Part shown: positions 25,526 to 37,322 of the stretch, piece by piece | Layout of the letters: each line of letters begins with the position of its first letter | Position numbering within the stretch: the stretch's first letter is position 1 | Source of the DNA: Mobula hypostoma | Taxonomy: Eukaryota | Length of the DNA: 64,000 bases | Direction: 5' to 3' | Assembly (NCBI RefSeq): GCF_963921235.1 | Contig: NC_086108.1 | Coordinates: forward strand, 57,104,001-57,168,000 | The notes under the pieces: generated by a model | Databases searched by the model: none | Told to the model about the DNA's origin: nothing | What the model saw: the letters and a program-made list of their open reading frames with translations, nothing else | Program-made: the position numbers and the translations under genes

Positions 25526-26547
25526 GTTTTGAACTTTGAACACTGTCCAAGATCACAGATGAGGTGTATTTACTTGCAAGAGGTAGGAGATGACTAGATT
25601 CTGTAATGTTAGATTTGCCACATCTATAAAATAAGGAGAGAGTGTAAAGTACAGCTCAATGTTATTTCCTGACCTTATACCACCTTGTTGTCCTCTAACC
25701 ATGTATTAGATGTGCATTTCTAATTTAAAAAAGAGAATTTCTGGAATAGTTTTCTTTTCCATCTCAGTCCTTGGGAAAACAAATCTATCAGAGTCAATGA
25801 TAAAGTATGCCTCAGTGCTTCAAGCAGCCCAGTATTTCACACCTAAAACTGCACCACACTGGAAAGGTATTAAAGGATTTATAACCTGTTCAGATACTAT
25901 AATTTATTTTATGTGTTCTCTTTTTTTTTCAGAAGGCCGTTACACTTTTGTGCTAGTATTCAATTTAGCAGTTGTAAATTAGCATTGGCATCAGATCCCT
26001 ATAGCATTAGAAAACCAGAAAATTGAGAAAATACCTTCATTCAACATTTAATCTCAGTCTGTCACAGCTCTCTTGTCTTCCAACCTTGATTGAAATTAAA
26101 ACTTCGCCTTTCATCTATTTCACACTTGTTTCTTTGATCCTTTGGAGGACCTTTGTTTCAAAAACAGATTAGTACAGACATTGAAATTATAGCAGCTATT
26201 TTTCCCTCACCAAAATGGAAGTTGCACTGAATATTTCAGAAAACCTGACTGTCAGAATACCTCCCACTCTTTCAAACTGATGAGGTATTTTTAATCATGT
26301 GGTGAAAATTCCAAATACAGCTGCAATGATGTTTTCCTTGATGTCAAGTGAGGCAGCCACCATTGGTTGCTTGACATTGGAGCATATCTGTGAGGAGGTG
26401 ACTCACTCTGACTAATACTAGATTACTGCTATTACAAACATGGGCAAATTTAGAATAAATGAATGTTTTACTCCAATAATTTGTTAATGCCAGAAATAAT
26501 ATAGAGTTGTAATATAGAAGTCCCCTTGGATGTACTTTAAAGAGTTG

Positions 26548-27168
26548 ACTATTCAGACTGCGAAGCCTCTTCCGGTGATGCCTACACCGAAGAAGTTTAA
26601 ATCTTCTCTTCGACGGGAGTTCAGTGAAACCATCTCTTACCGCTCCCCATCTGTAATTTCTTCGGCTCTTCAACTTTTCGGCCACATTTCGACTCAGACT
26701 CGCTATCACAGCCATATTTCCTTTCTTGGAACGTGCCTCCGTCGCCAACTTACTCCAGTTGGCTTTAGGTCTCCAACTTCCGCTAATGCCCCACCTCCCG
26801 CTCGTACCCCATCCGTTATTTATTTATATACACACATTCTTTCTCTCTTTTTCTCCCTCTGTCCCTCTGACTATACCCCTTGCCCATCCTCTGGGTTCCC
26901 CCTCCTTGTCTTTCTCCCCGGGCCTCCTGTCCCATGATCCTCTCATATCCCCTTTGCCAATCACCTGTCCGGCTCTTGGCTCCATCCCTCCCCCTCCTGT
27001 CTTCTCCTATCATTTTGGATCTCCCCCTCCCCCTCCCACTTTCAAATCTCTTAGTAACTCTTCCTTCAGTTAGTCCTGACTAAGGGTCTCAGCCTGAAAC
27101 GTCGACTGTACCTCTTCCTAGAGATGTTGCCTGGCCTGCTGTGTTCACCAGCAACTTTAATGTGTGAT
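26548..27168 (+). mobile_element. Internally deleted young Penelope-like element
   Basis: CpG-rich ORF start (MPTPKKFKSSLRREF...RYHSHISFLGTCLRRQLTPVGF) is joined at about 26770 to the ORF end (SNFR*), then 3' UTR and a hammerhead motif at 27071-27108 (core G8 changed to T). Confidence 0.8.
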
Positions 27169-28779
27169 GCAGGCTGACAGCTTTGTTTCTTGCTTAGCTG
27201 TGAGGAGATATACTGTAGTGGCAGTCTCGCCATTCTTCTTGCAAAGGAGGCATTATTCTCAGGAGGAAATGTACAAAAATAACTGATCTCACTGGTGCCA
27301 GAACACCTACTTCTTGTCACAGCGTTGCTGAGCTAGGAGATGGACTACATAGCTCTGGGTTCCACTCCTGATTGCCAATCGTTAGCTCTATCAGAGAAAT
27401 TTAAGTATGTGGACATCTTAACACAGTTGTTAACTATGCTGGAGTTGACCACTCTGTTGACATTCCCAAATGAATAGTTACCATTCCTATGTGCCACCAG
27501 AGCTGACGGGTGCTTGTGCATTTTGAAGTCCAATAGTAGATATCTCTTAATGTCTACACTGATTTCTTCATTACCTCTGGCCTCTATTTTGTTTCCAGGA
27601 TCAGTGAAGGAAATAAGCCATAGATGCTCCATAACAGATTTGTTTCCCTACATCACAATTCTGGATCTTCATAGCTAGACTTAAGTTCTAAAATTAAAAT
27701 CACTTGTACTTGGAATAAGTATATGACAGGTCCATTACAGAAACAAATGAAGGGCAACTTAAAGAAACTGGATTTGGGCTTGTACAGAGCAGAGAATCTT
27801 TGCAAGCCCTATAAGCACTACTACTTGCCAACCCAGCAACATTACCCTCCTTCATCCGACCAGTCACCATGCACAGGTGCAGCCATAAAAACCATATTCA
27901 GTTTCTACCTCAGAAACTACAGCAGTTTTATGGCAGGGGTCACATTGATGACTGGGTGTTGAGTATGACCCAAGTTTGCGAAATCAAAATACATTTGAAG
28001 TAAGTGAACACATTCGCTGTTACCTTCAGTTCTAAGTCTTTCAGTAGGGATTACATTCAAATTGATCAGAAAATATTTAAATAATTGACAATTGCACTTC
28101 AGAATTTCATCCTAAACTATAGCTTTAGTAAATACCACAGTCAAAAATCACACCAGTCAGACAGAGTAAAAAAAATTATTGCAAACAATGATAGTGTTTC
28201 GGAAATAAACAAAAAAAACCCTTCCAGAACAAAATCCAATAATGCTTTAACTGCCTTTTGATATTATTCTTCACATAAAATGTATTAATATAATTTGATA
28301 AAAATTTAAACAAAGAAGGCTGTTTATTGTAAATCAGGATATCTGGAAATATTTATAATATAAATCAATATATTAATCACATTGTGGAAATTAATGACAG
28401 TGTCCAATAGACCATTTCACTATAGAGACATTAAATATCATATATTTAGCTGTTGGTTTAAAGCATTGTAATTTAGAACAATATGCTGAATGGAATGAGG
28501 AGCAAGTGCATAATAGAAAGAAGACAAGATACAGGATGTGAAAAATAATAAGAAAAAGATGATTGTGAGCTAAAGGCAAAATAAGAAAAGGAAAAAAAAT
28601 GTGAAGAGATTTAGGTAGATATATCAATCCAGAGAGAAAAGAATGAGTCATATATTGAGAGCAGCCAGACAAATTACAAACAGGAGAGAAGAAAAAATAT
28701 AGAACCAGACAGTGGGCCAAAGAAATACAGATATATTCACTAAGATCTGGTAAAATGTTAGGAATAATATTTAATTATT

Positions 28780-29080
28780 ACCAAGTGACCAAGTGGTTAG
28801 GGCATTGGTCTAGTGATCTGAAGGTCGCTTGTTCAAGCCTCAGCTGAGGCAGCGTGCTGTGTCCTTCAGCAAGGCACTTAACCACACATTGCTCTGTGAC
28901 GACACCGGTGCTAAGCTGTATGGGCCCTAGTGCCCTTCCCTTGGACAACATCGGTGGCATGGAGAGGGGAGACTTGCAGCATGGGCAACTGCTGGTCCAT
29001 ACAACCTTGCCTAGGCCTGTGCCCTGGAAAACCTTCCAAGGCGCAAATCCATGGTCTCACGAGACTAACGGATGCCTATA
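28780..29080 (+). mobile_element. tRNA-derived CORE-type SINE
   Basis: A-box (tgaccaagtgg), B-box (gttcaagcc) and CORE-like gtgtccttcagcaaggcacttaacc. The 3' end aatccatggtctcacgagac resembles RTE tails. Confidence 0.75.
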
Positions 29081-30216
29081 TAAATATTTAATACAATACT
29101 ATTATTAAAAAAGCTATATCAATGTACCAAACTCGATATCGTAGTAGAACTAAATCTTTTTTTAATATAGTTAAAATAACAGAGAGGAATTTGCTAAGCT
29201 TTAACTTTCTTATGACTACTCTATAGCCTCTGTGGTATATTGGTTTGTAACTCAAGTATATTGGTTGGTAAATGTATTTGTACTATATTTTTTGATATTT
29301 CTGAGGTTACTACTGCCTTAAAAATCTGTCAATCATGTGAAAACTATTAGAACATTGTATATACATGATCTAAATTCATCAAAGATTTGGCATTAGTTGG
29401 GAAACTTTAGAGATAGAGAGTAATATGAGGGAGGCCATTCAGGATTTCATTGAAATTGCATCTTTAACTGTTTCATTGACTTCAGGAGAAATGAATTTTG
29501 GAACTCATTTTCAATGTGCGTATGTTACTGGACTGCCTGTTTGGCAAATAATAGACAAATCTTTAACTTTAGGCTCCAAAGGAACCAAAAGCCAAGTTGG
29601 AGATTGAAGTACTGTATACCTCAGATGTCTGTGGAGAAATTGATCATAACAAAATAGAAGCAGGAAGAGAACGTTTAGCTTCTTATTCCTTTCAATCGTT
29701 TACTTACGTAATTGTTGATCTGTATCTTAATCACTTGTGTTTACCTTTGCTTCATATTGCTTAACACTATTAACTCGAATATCTACTAACCACAGACCTT
29801 CAAGCTCTTGCTTCCTATGTGTGACACGGTTCAAGAGATGTTATTTGGGAAGTTGCTCGTTGATCATCCTAGCCTGGAACCATATTATAGTGGCTATTTG
29901 GCAGAAATCCCTGATAAATTATGAAACTGAGGTATTTGCTGATTTTCAACTGAAGTTAGCACAAAAAAAATGGATGGAAAGTTTAGGATGTTTAGGAGTA
30001 CCATGGCCTTTTCACAAAATGTTATTAGAAGAAGATTCCTGAAAATGAAGGGTAGGAAGATAAAGATGAACCAAAATGAATGGTGAGGATGTGAAAGAAG
30101 AAGGTGATATGAAAAAATGTGCTGTCATCCACTTTGGCAGACAAAGTAGAATATTTAAATGGTGAGAGATTGGAAAGTATTACTTTTCAGAGAGACCTGG
30201 GTGTCCTTGCAACACA

Positions 30217-30858
30217 ATCACAACAACAGAAATTCTGCAAATGCTGGAAATCCAAACAACACCCACAAAATGCTTGTGGAACTCAGCAGGCCAGGCAGAA
30301 TCTATGGAAAAGAGTACAGTCGGTGTTTTGGGCAGAGACACTTCAGCAGGACTGGAGGAAAAAAGATGTTAGAAGGTGAAGGGAGGGGAGGGAGAAACAC
30401 AAGGTGATAGGTGAAACTGGGAGGTGGGGGGTGAAGTAAAGAGCTGGGAAGTTGATTGGTGAGAAAGATACAGGGCTGGAGAAGGGGGAATCTTATAAGA
30501 GAGGATAGAAGGCCTTGGAAGAAAGGAAAGGGGGAGGAGCACCAGAGGGAGTTGATGAGCAGGCAAGGAGATAAATTGAGAGAGGGAAATGGGATGAGGA
30601 ATGGTGAAGGAGAGGGGGGAAGCCATTACCGGAAGTTCGAGAAATCAATGTTCATCCCATCTGGTTGGATGCCACCTGGACGGAATATGAGGTGTTGCTT
30701 CTCAAACTTGAGTATGGCCTCATTGCGACAGTAGAGGAAGCTATGGATTGACTTGTCAGAATGAGAATGGGAAGTGGAATTAAAATGGGTGGCCACTGGA
30801 ACATCCCGCTTTTTCTGGCAGATGGAATGTAGGTGCTCAGCAAAGTGGTCTCCCAATC
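30217..30858 (-). mobile_element. Penelope-like element 3' portion (end of GIY-YIG, 3' UTR, decayed hammerhead)
   Basis: ORF 30626-30856 reads GDHFAEHLHSI...VATHFNS..H...QHLIFRPGGIQPDGMNIDFSNFR*. Hammerhead remnant at 30317-30354. Confidence 0.88.
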
Positions 30859-33665
30859 TATAAGACCATAAGACATAGGAGCAGAATTAGGCCATTTGGC
30901 CCATCAAGTCTGCTCCACCATGTAATCATGGCTGATCCTTTTTTTCTCCTCCTCAACTCCATTTCCTGGCCTTCTCCCCGTAACCTTTGATGCCACGTCC
31001 AATCAAGAACCTAACAGTCTCTGCCTTAAATACACCCAACAACCTGGTCTCAACAGCTGCACATGGCAACAAATTCCACAAATTCACCACCCTCTGGCTA
31101 AAGAAATATCTCCATATCTCTGTTTTGAATGGACACCTCTCTATCCTGAGGCTCTGTCCTCTTGTCCTAGACTCTCCCACCATGGGAAACATCCTTTCCA
31201 CATCCACTCTGTCTAGTCCATTCAACATTCGAAAGGTTTCGATCCCCCCTCATCCTTCTAAATTCTGGCGAGTACAGTCACAAAGTCATCAAATGTTCCT
31301 CGTATAATAAACCTTTCATTCCTGGAATCATCCTTGTGAATCTCCTCTGGACCCTCTTCAATGCCAGCACATCTCTCCTAAGATGAGGAGCCCAAAACTG
31401 TACACAATACTCAAGGTGAAACCTCACCAGTGCCTTATAAAGCCTCAGTATCACTTCCCTGCTCCTGTATTCGAGACCTCTTGAAATGAATGCTAACATG
31501 GCATTTGCCTTCCTCACCACCAACTCAACCTGCAAGTTAACTTTTAGGGTGTTCTCCACAAGGACTCCCAAGTCCCTTTGCATCTCAGATTTTTAGATTT
31601 TCTCCCTGTTTAGAAAATAGTCCACACATTTATCTCTACTACCAAAGTGCATGACTATGCATTTTCCGGCATATTTCATTTGCCACTTTCTTGTCCATTC
31701 TCCTAATCTATTTAAGTCCTTCTGCATCCTACCTGTTTCCTCAACGCTACCTGCCCCTCCACCAATCTTTGTATCATCTGTAAACTTGGCAACAAAGCCA
31801 TCTATTTCATCATCTAAATCATTTACATATAGTGTACAAAGAAGTGGTCCCAACACCGACCCCTGCAGAACACCACTAGTCACTGGCAGCCAACCAACCA
31901 AGGATCCTTTTATGCAACACACATAAAAGTTGCTGGTGAACGCAGCAGGCCAGGCAGCATCTCTAGGAAGAGGTGCAGTCGACCTTTAGGTGCAGGATCC
32001 TTTTATTCCCACTTGCTGCCTTCTTCCAATCAACTAATACTCTAACCATCTTAGTAACTTTCCTGTAATACCATGCGCTTTTAACTTGGTAGCAGCCTTA
32101 TGTGTGGCACCTTGTCAAAGGCCTTCTGAAAGTCCAGATACACAACATCTCAAAGACTTCCAACAGGTTCATCAGGCAGGATTTTCCCTTAAGGAAGCCA
32201 TGCTGACTTTGTCCTATCTTGTCCTGTGTCACCAAGTACTCCATCACCTCGTCCTTAACAATTGACTCTAACATCTTCCCAACCACGGAGATCAGGCAAA
32301 CTGGTCTATAATTTCCTTTCTGCTGCCTTCCTCCTTTCTTAAAAAGTGGAGTGACATTTTCAATGTTCCAGTCCTCTGGCACCATGCCAGAATCCAATGA
32401 TTTTTTTGGAAGATCATTTCTAATGTCGCCACAATCTCTAACACTACCTCTTTCAGAACCCTAGGGTGCAGTTTATCTGGTCCAGGTGACTTGTGTACCT
32501 TTAGATCTTTCAGCTTTTTGAGCACCTTCTCCCTTGTAATGATAACTGCACCCACTTCTCTTCCTTCGCACAGTACAACATCTGACACACTGCTAGTGTC
32601 TTCCACAGTGAAGACAGATGCAAAATACTCATTTAGTTCATCTGTCATCTTGTCCCTCCTCTGGATGAAGAAATTTATTCTCAATTAGGACCATAAGATA
32701 TAGGAGCAGAAGTAGGCCATTTGGCAGATGAACTAAATTAGGATTTTGCATCTGTCCTCACTGTGGAAGACTAGCAGTGTGCCAGATGTTGTGTGAAGGA
32801 AAGAAGTAGGTGCAGTTATATTTCTCCTGCCTCATTTTTACCTTTATTATCTTTTACTATCCATCTTGATATTATTTGCTAGCTTGCTTTCATGTTTCAT
32901 CCTTTCCCTTCTAATGATTCTTTTAGTTGCTCTCTGTAGGTTTTTAAAAACTTCCCAATCTTCTATCTTCCCACTAATTTTTGTTTTGTTGTATGCCTTA
33001 TCTTTTGTTTTTACATTAGCTTTGACTTCCCTTGTCAGCCATGGTTGTACTATTTTGCCATTTGAGTGTTTCTTCACTTTTGGAATACGTCTATCCTGCA
33101 CCTTCCTCATTTTTCCCAGAAACACACACCATTGCTGCTCTGCTGATATCCCTGCCAGCAGCTCCTTCCAATTTACTTTGGCCAACTCCTCTCTCATACC
33201 ACTGTAGTTTCCCTTTCTCCACTGAAATACTGCTACATCAGACTTCACTTTCTCCCTATGAATTTTCAAGTTGAACTCAATCATATTGTGATCACTGGTT
33301 CCTGAGGGTTCTTTTACCTTAATCTCCCTAATCCCCTCCGGTTCATTACATAACACCCAATCCAGTACAGCTGGTCCCCTAGTAGGCTCAACGACAAACT
33401 GCTCTAAAAAGCCTTCTCTTAGGCATTCAACAAACTCACTCTCTTGAGATCCATTACCAACCTGATTTTCCCAAGCGACCTGTATGTTGAAATCTCCCAT
33501 GACCATCATAACATTGCACTTTTGACACACCTTTTCTATTTCCTGTAGTAATCTGTGGTCCACCTCTCAGCCACAGTTGGGAGGCCTGTATATAACTGCC
33601 ATCAGGGTCCTTTTACCCTTGCAGTTTTTTAAATTCAAACCTCAAGGATTCAACATCTTCCAACC
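30859..33665 (-). mobile_element. CR1 LINE (EN and RT fragments, frameshifted, internally rearranged)
   Basis: GDFN and SDH endonuclease motifs in ORF 32847-33563. RT motifs in the ORFs spanning 31278-32684. Tail taagaccataagacatag at about 30861. Confidence 0.92.
31914..31993 (-). mobile_element. 80-bp Penelope 3'-end insertion with 13-bp TSD
   Basis: aggatccttttat at 31901-31913 and 31994-32006. The insert matches the family tail from about the hammerhead cleavage site onward. Confidence 0.88.
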
Positions 33666-33669
33666 TAGG

Positions 33670-34182
33670 TCGGGTCTTACCGATATCACCCATTTTAATT
33701 CCACTTCCCATGGCATCCTCTACTGTCGTGATGAGGCCACACTCAGGTTGGAGTGACACCTTATATTCCATCTGAATCCAAACAGATGGCATGAACATTG
33801 ATTTCTCGAACTGCCCCTGCCCCTCCTTCACCCTTCCCCATCCCCTTTTCCCAATCTCAACTTATCTCCTTGCCTGTCTATCGCCTCCCACTGGTCCTCC
33901 TCCCCCTTTTCTTTCTTCCGTGGCCTTCTGTCCTCTCCTATTAGATTCCCCCTTCTCCAGCCCTGTATCTCTCACCAATCAACCTCTCAGCTCTTTACTT
34001 CATCCCTCACCCCATCCCCCGGTTTTACCTATCGCCTTATGTTTCTCTCTCCCCTCCCCCCTACTCTTGACTCCTCATCTTTTTTTTCTCCAGTCCTGCT
34101 GAAGAGTCTTGGCCCAAAACGTCAACTGTACTCTTTTCCATAGATACTGCCTGGCTTGCTGAGTTCCTCTAGCATTTTGTGT
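33670..34182 (+). mobile_element. Penelope-like 3' portion, inverted partner of 30217-30858
   Basis: THFNS and MNIDFSN remnants. Hammerhead remnant at 34091-34128. Shared outer TSD gtgtccttg(c/t)aacaca at 30201-30216 and 34183-34198. Confidence 0.85.
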
Positions 34183-35959
34183 GTGTCCTTGTAACACACT
34201 ATTTAAAGTTAAAAGGCTAATGTAATGTTGGCCATCACTGCAGAGAGATATGAATATATGAGTAAAAGCACCTTCCTGAAATTATAAATGGCCTTGATGA
34301 GACTGCACTTGGAAATATCATTTACAATACTACCTAAGCAAGAGTATTCTTGCAACAGAGGGACTGCAGCCAAGTTTTACTAGATGATTCCTGGGAAGAC
34401 GGTATTGTCCCATGTGAAAAGTTTAAGTGGACCGGACCAATACTTTTTACAACTTAGAAATATGGGCGATGATATCAGTGTACATACAAAATTACTACAG
34501 AGCATGACAGGGTACAAGCTGGAATGATAATTTGTCCTAGTCAGAGTGTCTTAAACTTCAGGTCACCATCTCAAAATAATGGCTGAGGGCAGAAGTGAGA
34601 ATAAATTTCTTCATCCAGAGGATTGCAAATCTTTGAGGAATCTTCTAACCAAAAGGGTTAAACAAAGAGAGGGTTGTAGGAGCTGAGTTGCTAAGTATAT
34701 TTAAGACAGAGATCAGCTTATTTTCAGATATTAAGAAAATAGAGGGATAGGGAGTTAGTGCAGGAAAATGGCATCAATCTACCTTACTGAATGACAGAGT
34801 AGGAGCAAGGAGCTTGGTCTTGCTTCCATTTCTATGTTCTTACTTCTTATGCACATGTTTCTGACTGTACGTAACTCAGCAGATGTAAAACTGTTTCAGT
34901 TGGTTACAGCTGTCAAAAGCTCAATCACTCACTCTCAAATTTTTTTCAGATCATAGTTTGAGTTGTATGCACTATATGGGTTAAATGTTATTACAGTAAT
35001 CTGCAAAATAATATTGAAAAATTTTATTTTTCATAGACAAGCTTTTCTGTAGAACACTGTCAGATTTTGTGGCTACTACTTCCTCTGGTATCTTTTACAA
35101 CTGGCCAACATTCAGATGTAAAATTTTGATTGCCCTTGGGTTTTTCATTTCTCCTGTTGTATCCTAAACTACAGTGCACTCCAAAGTAATATCTTGCATT
35201 TGAAAGAAATCAAGAGGCTTCTTAATTTGTATTGCTACAATAATGCTCATAGCATTTAACAAATGAGTTACTTGGAGAAGGTTCTTAATTGCGCTGCTTT
35301 ACAGTGCGTTAAAACATTGGCCCAGAATCTGCTAGAGCAGAAGAATCTTGCAGTGTGACCCATTGGCAAATTTTATTTCTTGCCCTTCAGCTTGAAGAAA
35401 AATAACAGGGCATTTGGGACCTTAGTAAATGCAAGGACTGACTGATTATCTCCTTAATGAAAGAGGTTTAAAGATAGCAGGGAGAGAAGAACAGAGGAAC
35501 AAAGGAGGGAAAAACATAATGAATGCAGACAGGCAAAGAGAAATACTGTAAAGAAGAGAAGATGTATATGAAATATAGATAAATAGGAGCGGGGGCACAC
35601 TATTGAACCCTGCTCTGCCATTCACTGCAAACCTGAACCTCAGTCTTAATACAGATTGGATTAGAGTGAGAAGAAAAAAAGACCCAGAAGGAAATTACCT
35701 GCAATTTAATAACTGTGACAGGCAAATTTTCGAAATTTAGTAGTTTCTTGTTTATATGTGAGCTTGTCAAAGAGTATGAAGAGAAAATAAGTTTATCATT
35801 AAGGAATCCTTATATTAGTAGGACTCACCTTCTGTGGTGAAATCAATTGGTTTACACAGACCGTATTCAGCAGATTCCTCAATCGCATCTGAAAGTAAAC
35901 CCTACTATCAGCACTAACAAAGGGAAATATTAAATGTTAAATGTAAGTAAAACGGAGTC

Positions 35960-36520
35960 ATGGGAGACTGCTGATGCTGGAATCTGGAGCAAGAAACAAA
36001 TGCTGGAGGAACTTAGTGGGTCAGGCAGCATCTGTGATCAGTCAACATTTTGGGTCGAGATTCTTTATCTGGACTGAAAAAGTAGAGAGGAGAATTCTCC
36101 GCCACAGGAAACAGTTGAGGCCAGTTCATTGGCTATATTTAAGAGGGAGTTAGATATGGCCCTTGTGGCTAAAGGGATCAGGGGGTATGGAGGGAAGGCT
36201 GGTACAGGGTTCTGAGTTGGATGATCAGCCATGATCATACTGAATGGCGGTGCAGGCTCGAAGGGCCGAATGGCCTACTCCTGCACCCATGTTCTATGTT
36301 TCTATATCCAGTACAGAATCGTGAGGAGGAGGGGTGGAGCAAGAATTGGCAAGTGATACGCAAATCTGGGTGAGGAGGTTTGATAGCCAGATGCACAAGG
36401 GAAGAGTAGAAATAGTGACAGAAGCTGGGGGGCACAGGTGGAGGCAACTAAGGGCTGTAATTGATGAAATCTGATAGGTAAGGAAGGTGGAGCATGGAAC
36501 CAAATAAGGGAGGTACGGTG
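35960..36520 (-). mobile_element. Old Penelope-like 3' UTR remnant containing a CR1 3' fragment
   Basis: Family tail (atgctggaggaacttagtgggtcaggcagcatct), decayed hammerhead at about 36039-36076 and a purine-rich UTR. Confidence 0.7.
36092..36305 (+). mobile_element. Short CR1 3' fragment, same subfamily as 896-3012
   Basis: Near-identical to the reverse complement of about 900-1105. Ends ttctatgtttctat. Confidence 0.9.
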
Positions 36521-36529
36521 GTCAGTTTC

Positions 36530-37322
36530 AAAATTCAAAGTTAAAAGTAAATTTATTATCTATGAAAAAATACAATATGCTACCATATATTACCTTGAGA
36601 TTCATTTTATTCAAAGAATAAAAGTACTTTTTTTTACCCAAGCATGTGTGCAGTATGCAATCCTGAAATTCATCTTCCCCACAGACAGTCACGAAACAAG
36701 AACCATGGAATCAACCTGTTCAAAGAATATCAAGCATCAAAGCCCCCTCCCATACGCAACAAAAAAGTGAGTGAAAACACAGAATGTAAAATGCAAAATC
36801 AAAAGACATATTTCGGTTCGGTTTCATGTTTCTTACGTGAAAAACAAAGAAGTAGAATTCACAAAAAAAAGCTATACATAAACTAAGACTAACAACTAGC
36901 CAATGTGAAAAGAAAACTAACTGCAAATAAAATATAGTACAAGGAACATCTGAAATAGAGTCCTTGAAAGTGAGTCTGTAAGTTGTAGAATCACTTCAGA
37001 GTTGTGGGGAATGAAGTTATCCACACAAGTTCAGGAACCTGGTGGTTGTAGGGTAATAACTGTGCCTGAACCTGGTGGTGTGAGACTTAAGGCTACTGTA
37101 CCTCCTGCCCAATGGTAGAAGTGAGAAGAGAGCATGGCCTGGATGGTGGGTGTCCTTGATGATGGTTGCTGCTTTCTTGTGGTAAAGGTTCTCATTGGTG
37201 GGGAGGACTTTGCCTGTGATGGACTGGGCTGTATCCACCACTTTTTGTAGTCCTTTCTGTTCCTGGGCATTGGTGTTTCCATACCAGTCTGTGATGCAAC
37301 CAGTGAAGATACTGTCAACTGT
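36530..37322 (-). mobile_element. Rex1/L2-group LINE 3' fragment(s)
   Basis: ORF 37017-37241 reads AQSITGK...IIKDTHHPGHALFSLLPLGRRY...TTRFRHSYYP. Tail ttcaaaattcaaag at about 36527. Confidence 0.8.

Larger units (their letters stand above)
29900..34845 (+). mobile_element. Old CR1 remnant (about 29900-30216 and 34183-34845) split by a Penelope pair and a younger CR1
   Basis: YLNGERL...QRDLGVL on the left continues on the right as KANVML-like sequence, ending in ttctatgttctta at about 34830. Confidence 0.75.

Noticed and set aside
28780..28860. tRNA gene
   Set aside because: A and B boxes are present, but there is no full cloverleaf and the sequence continues into a SINE body.
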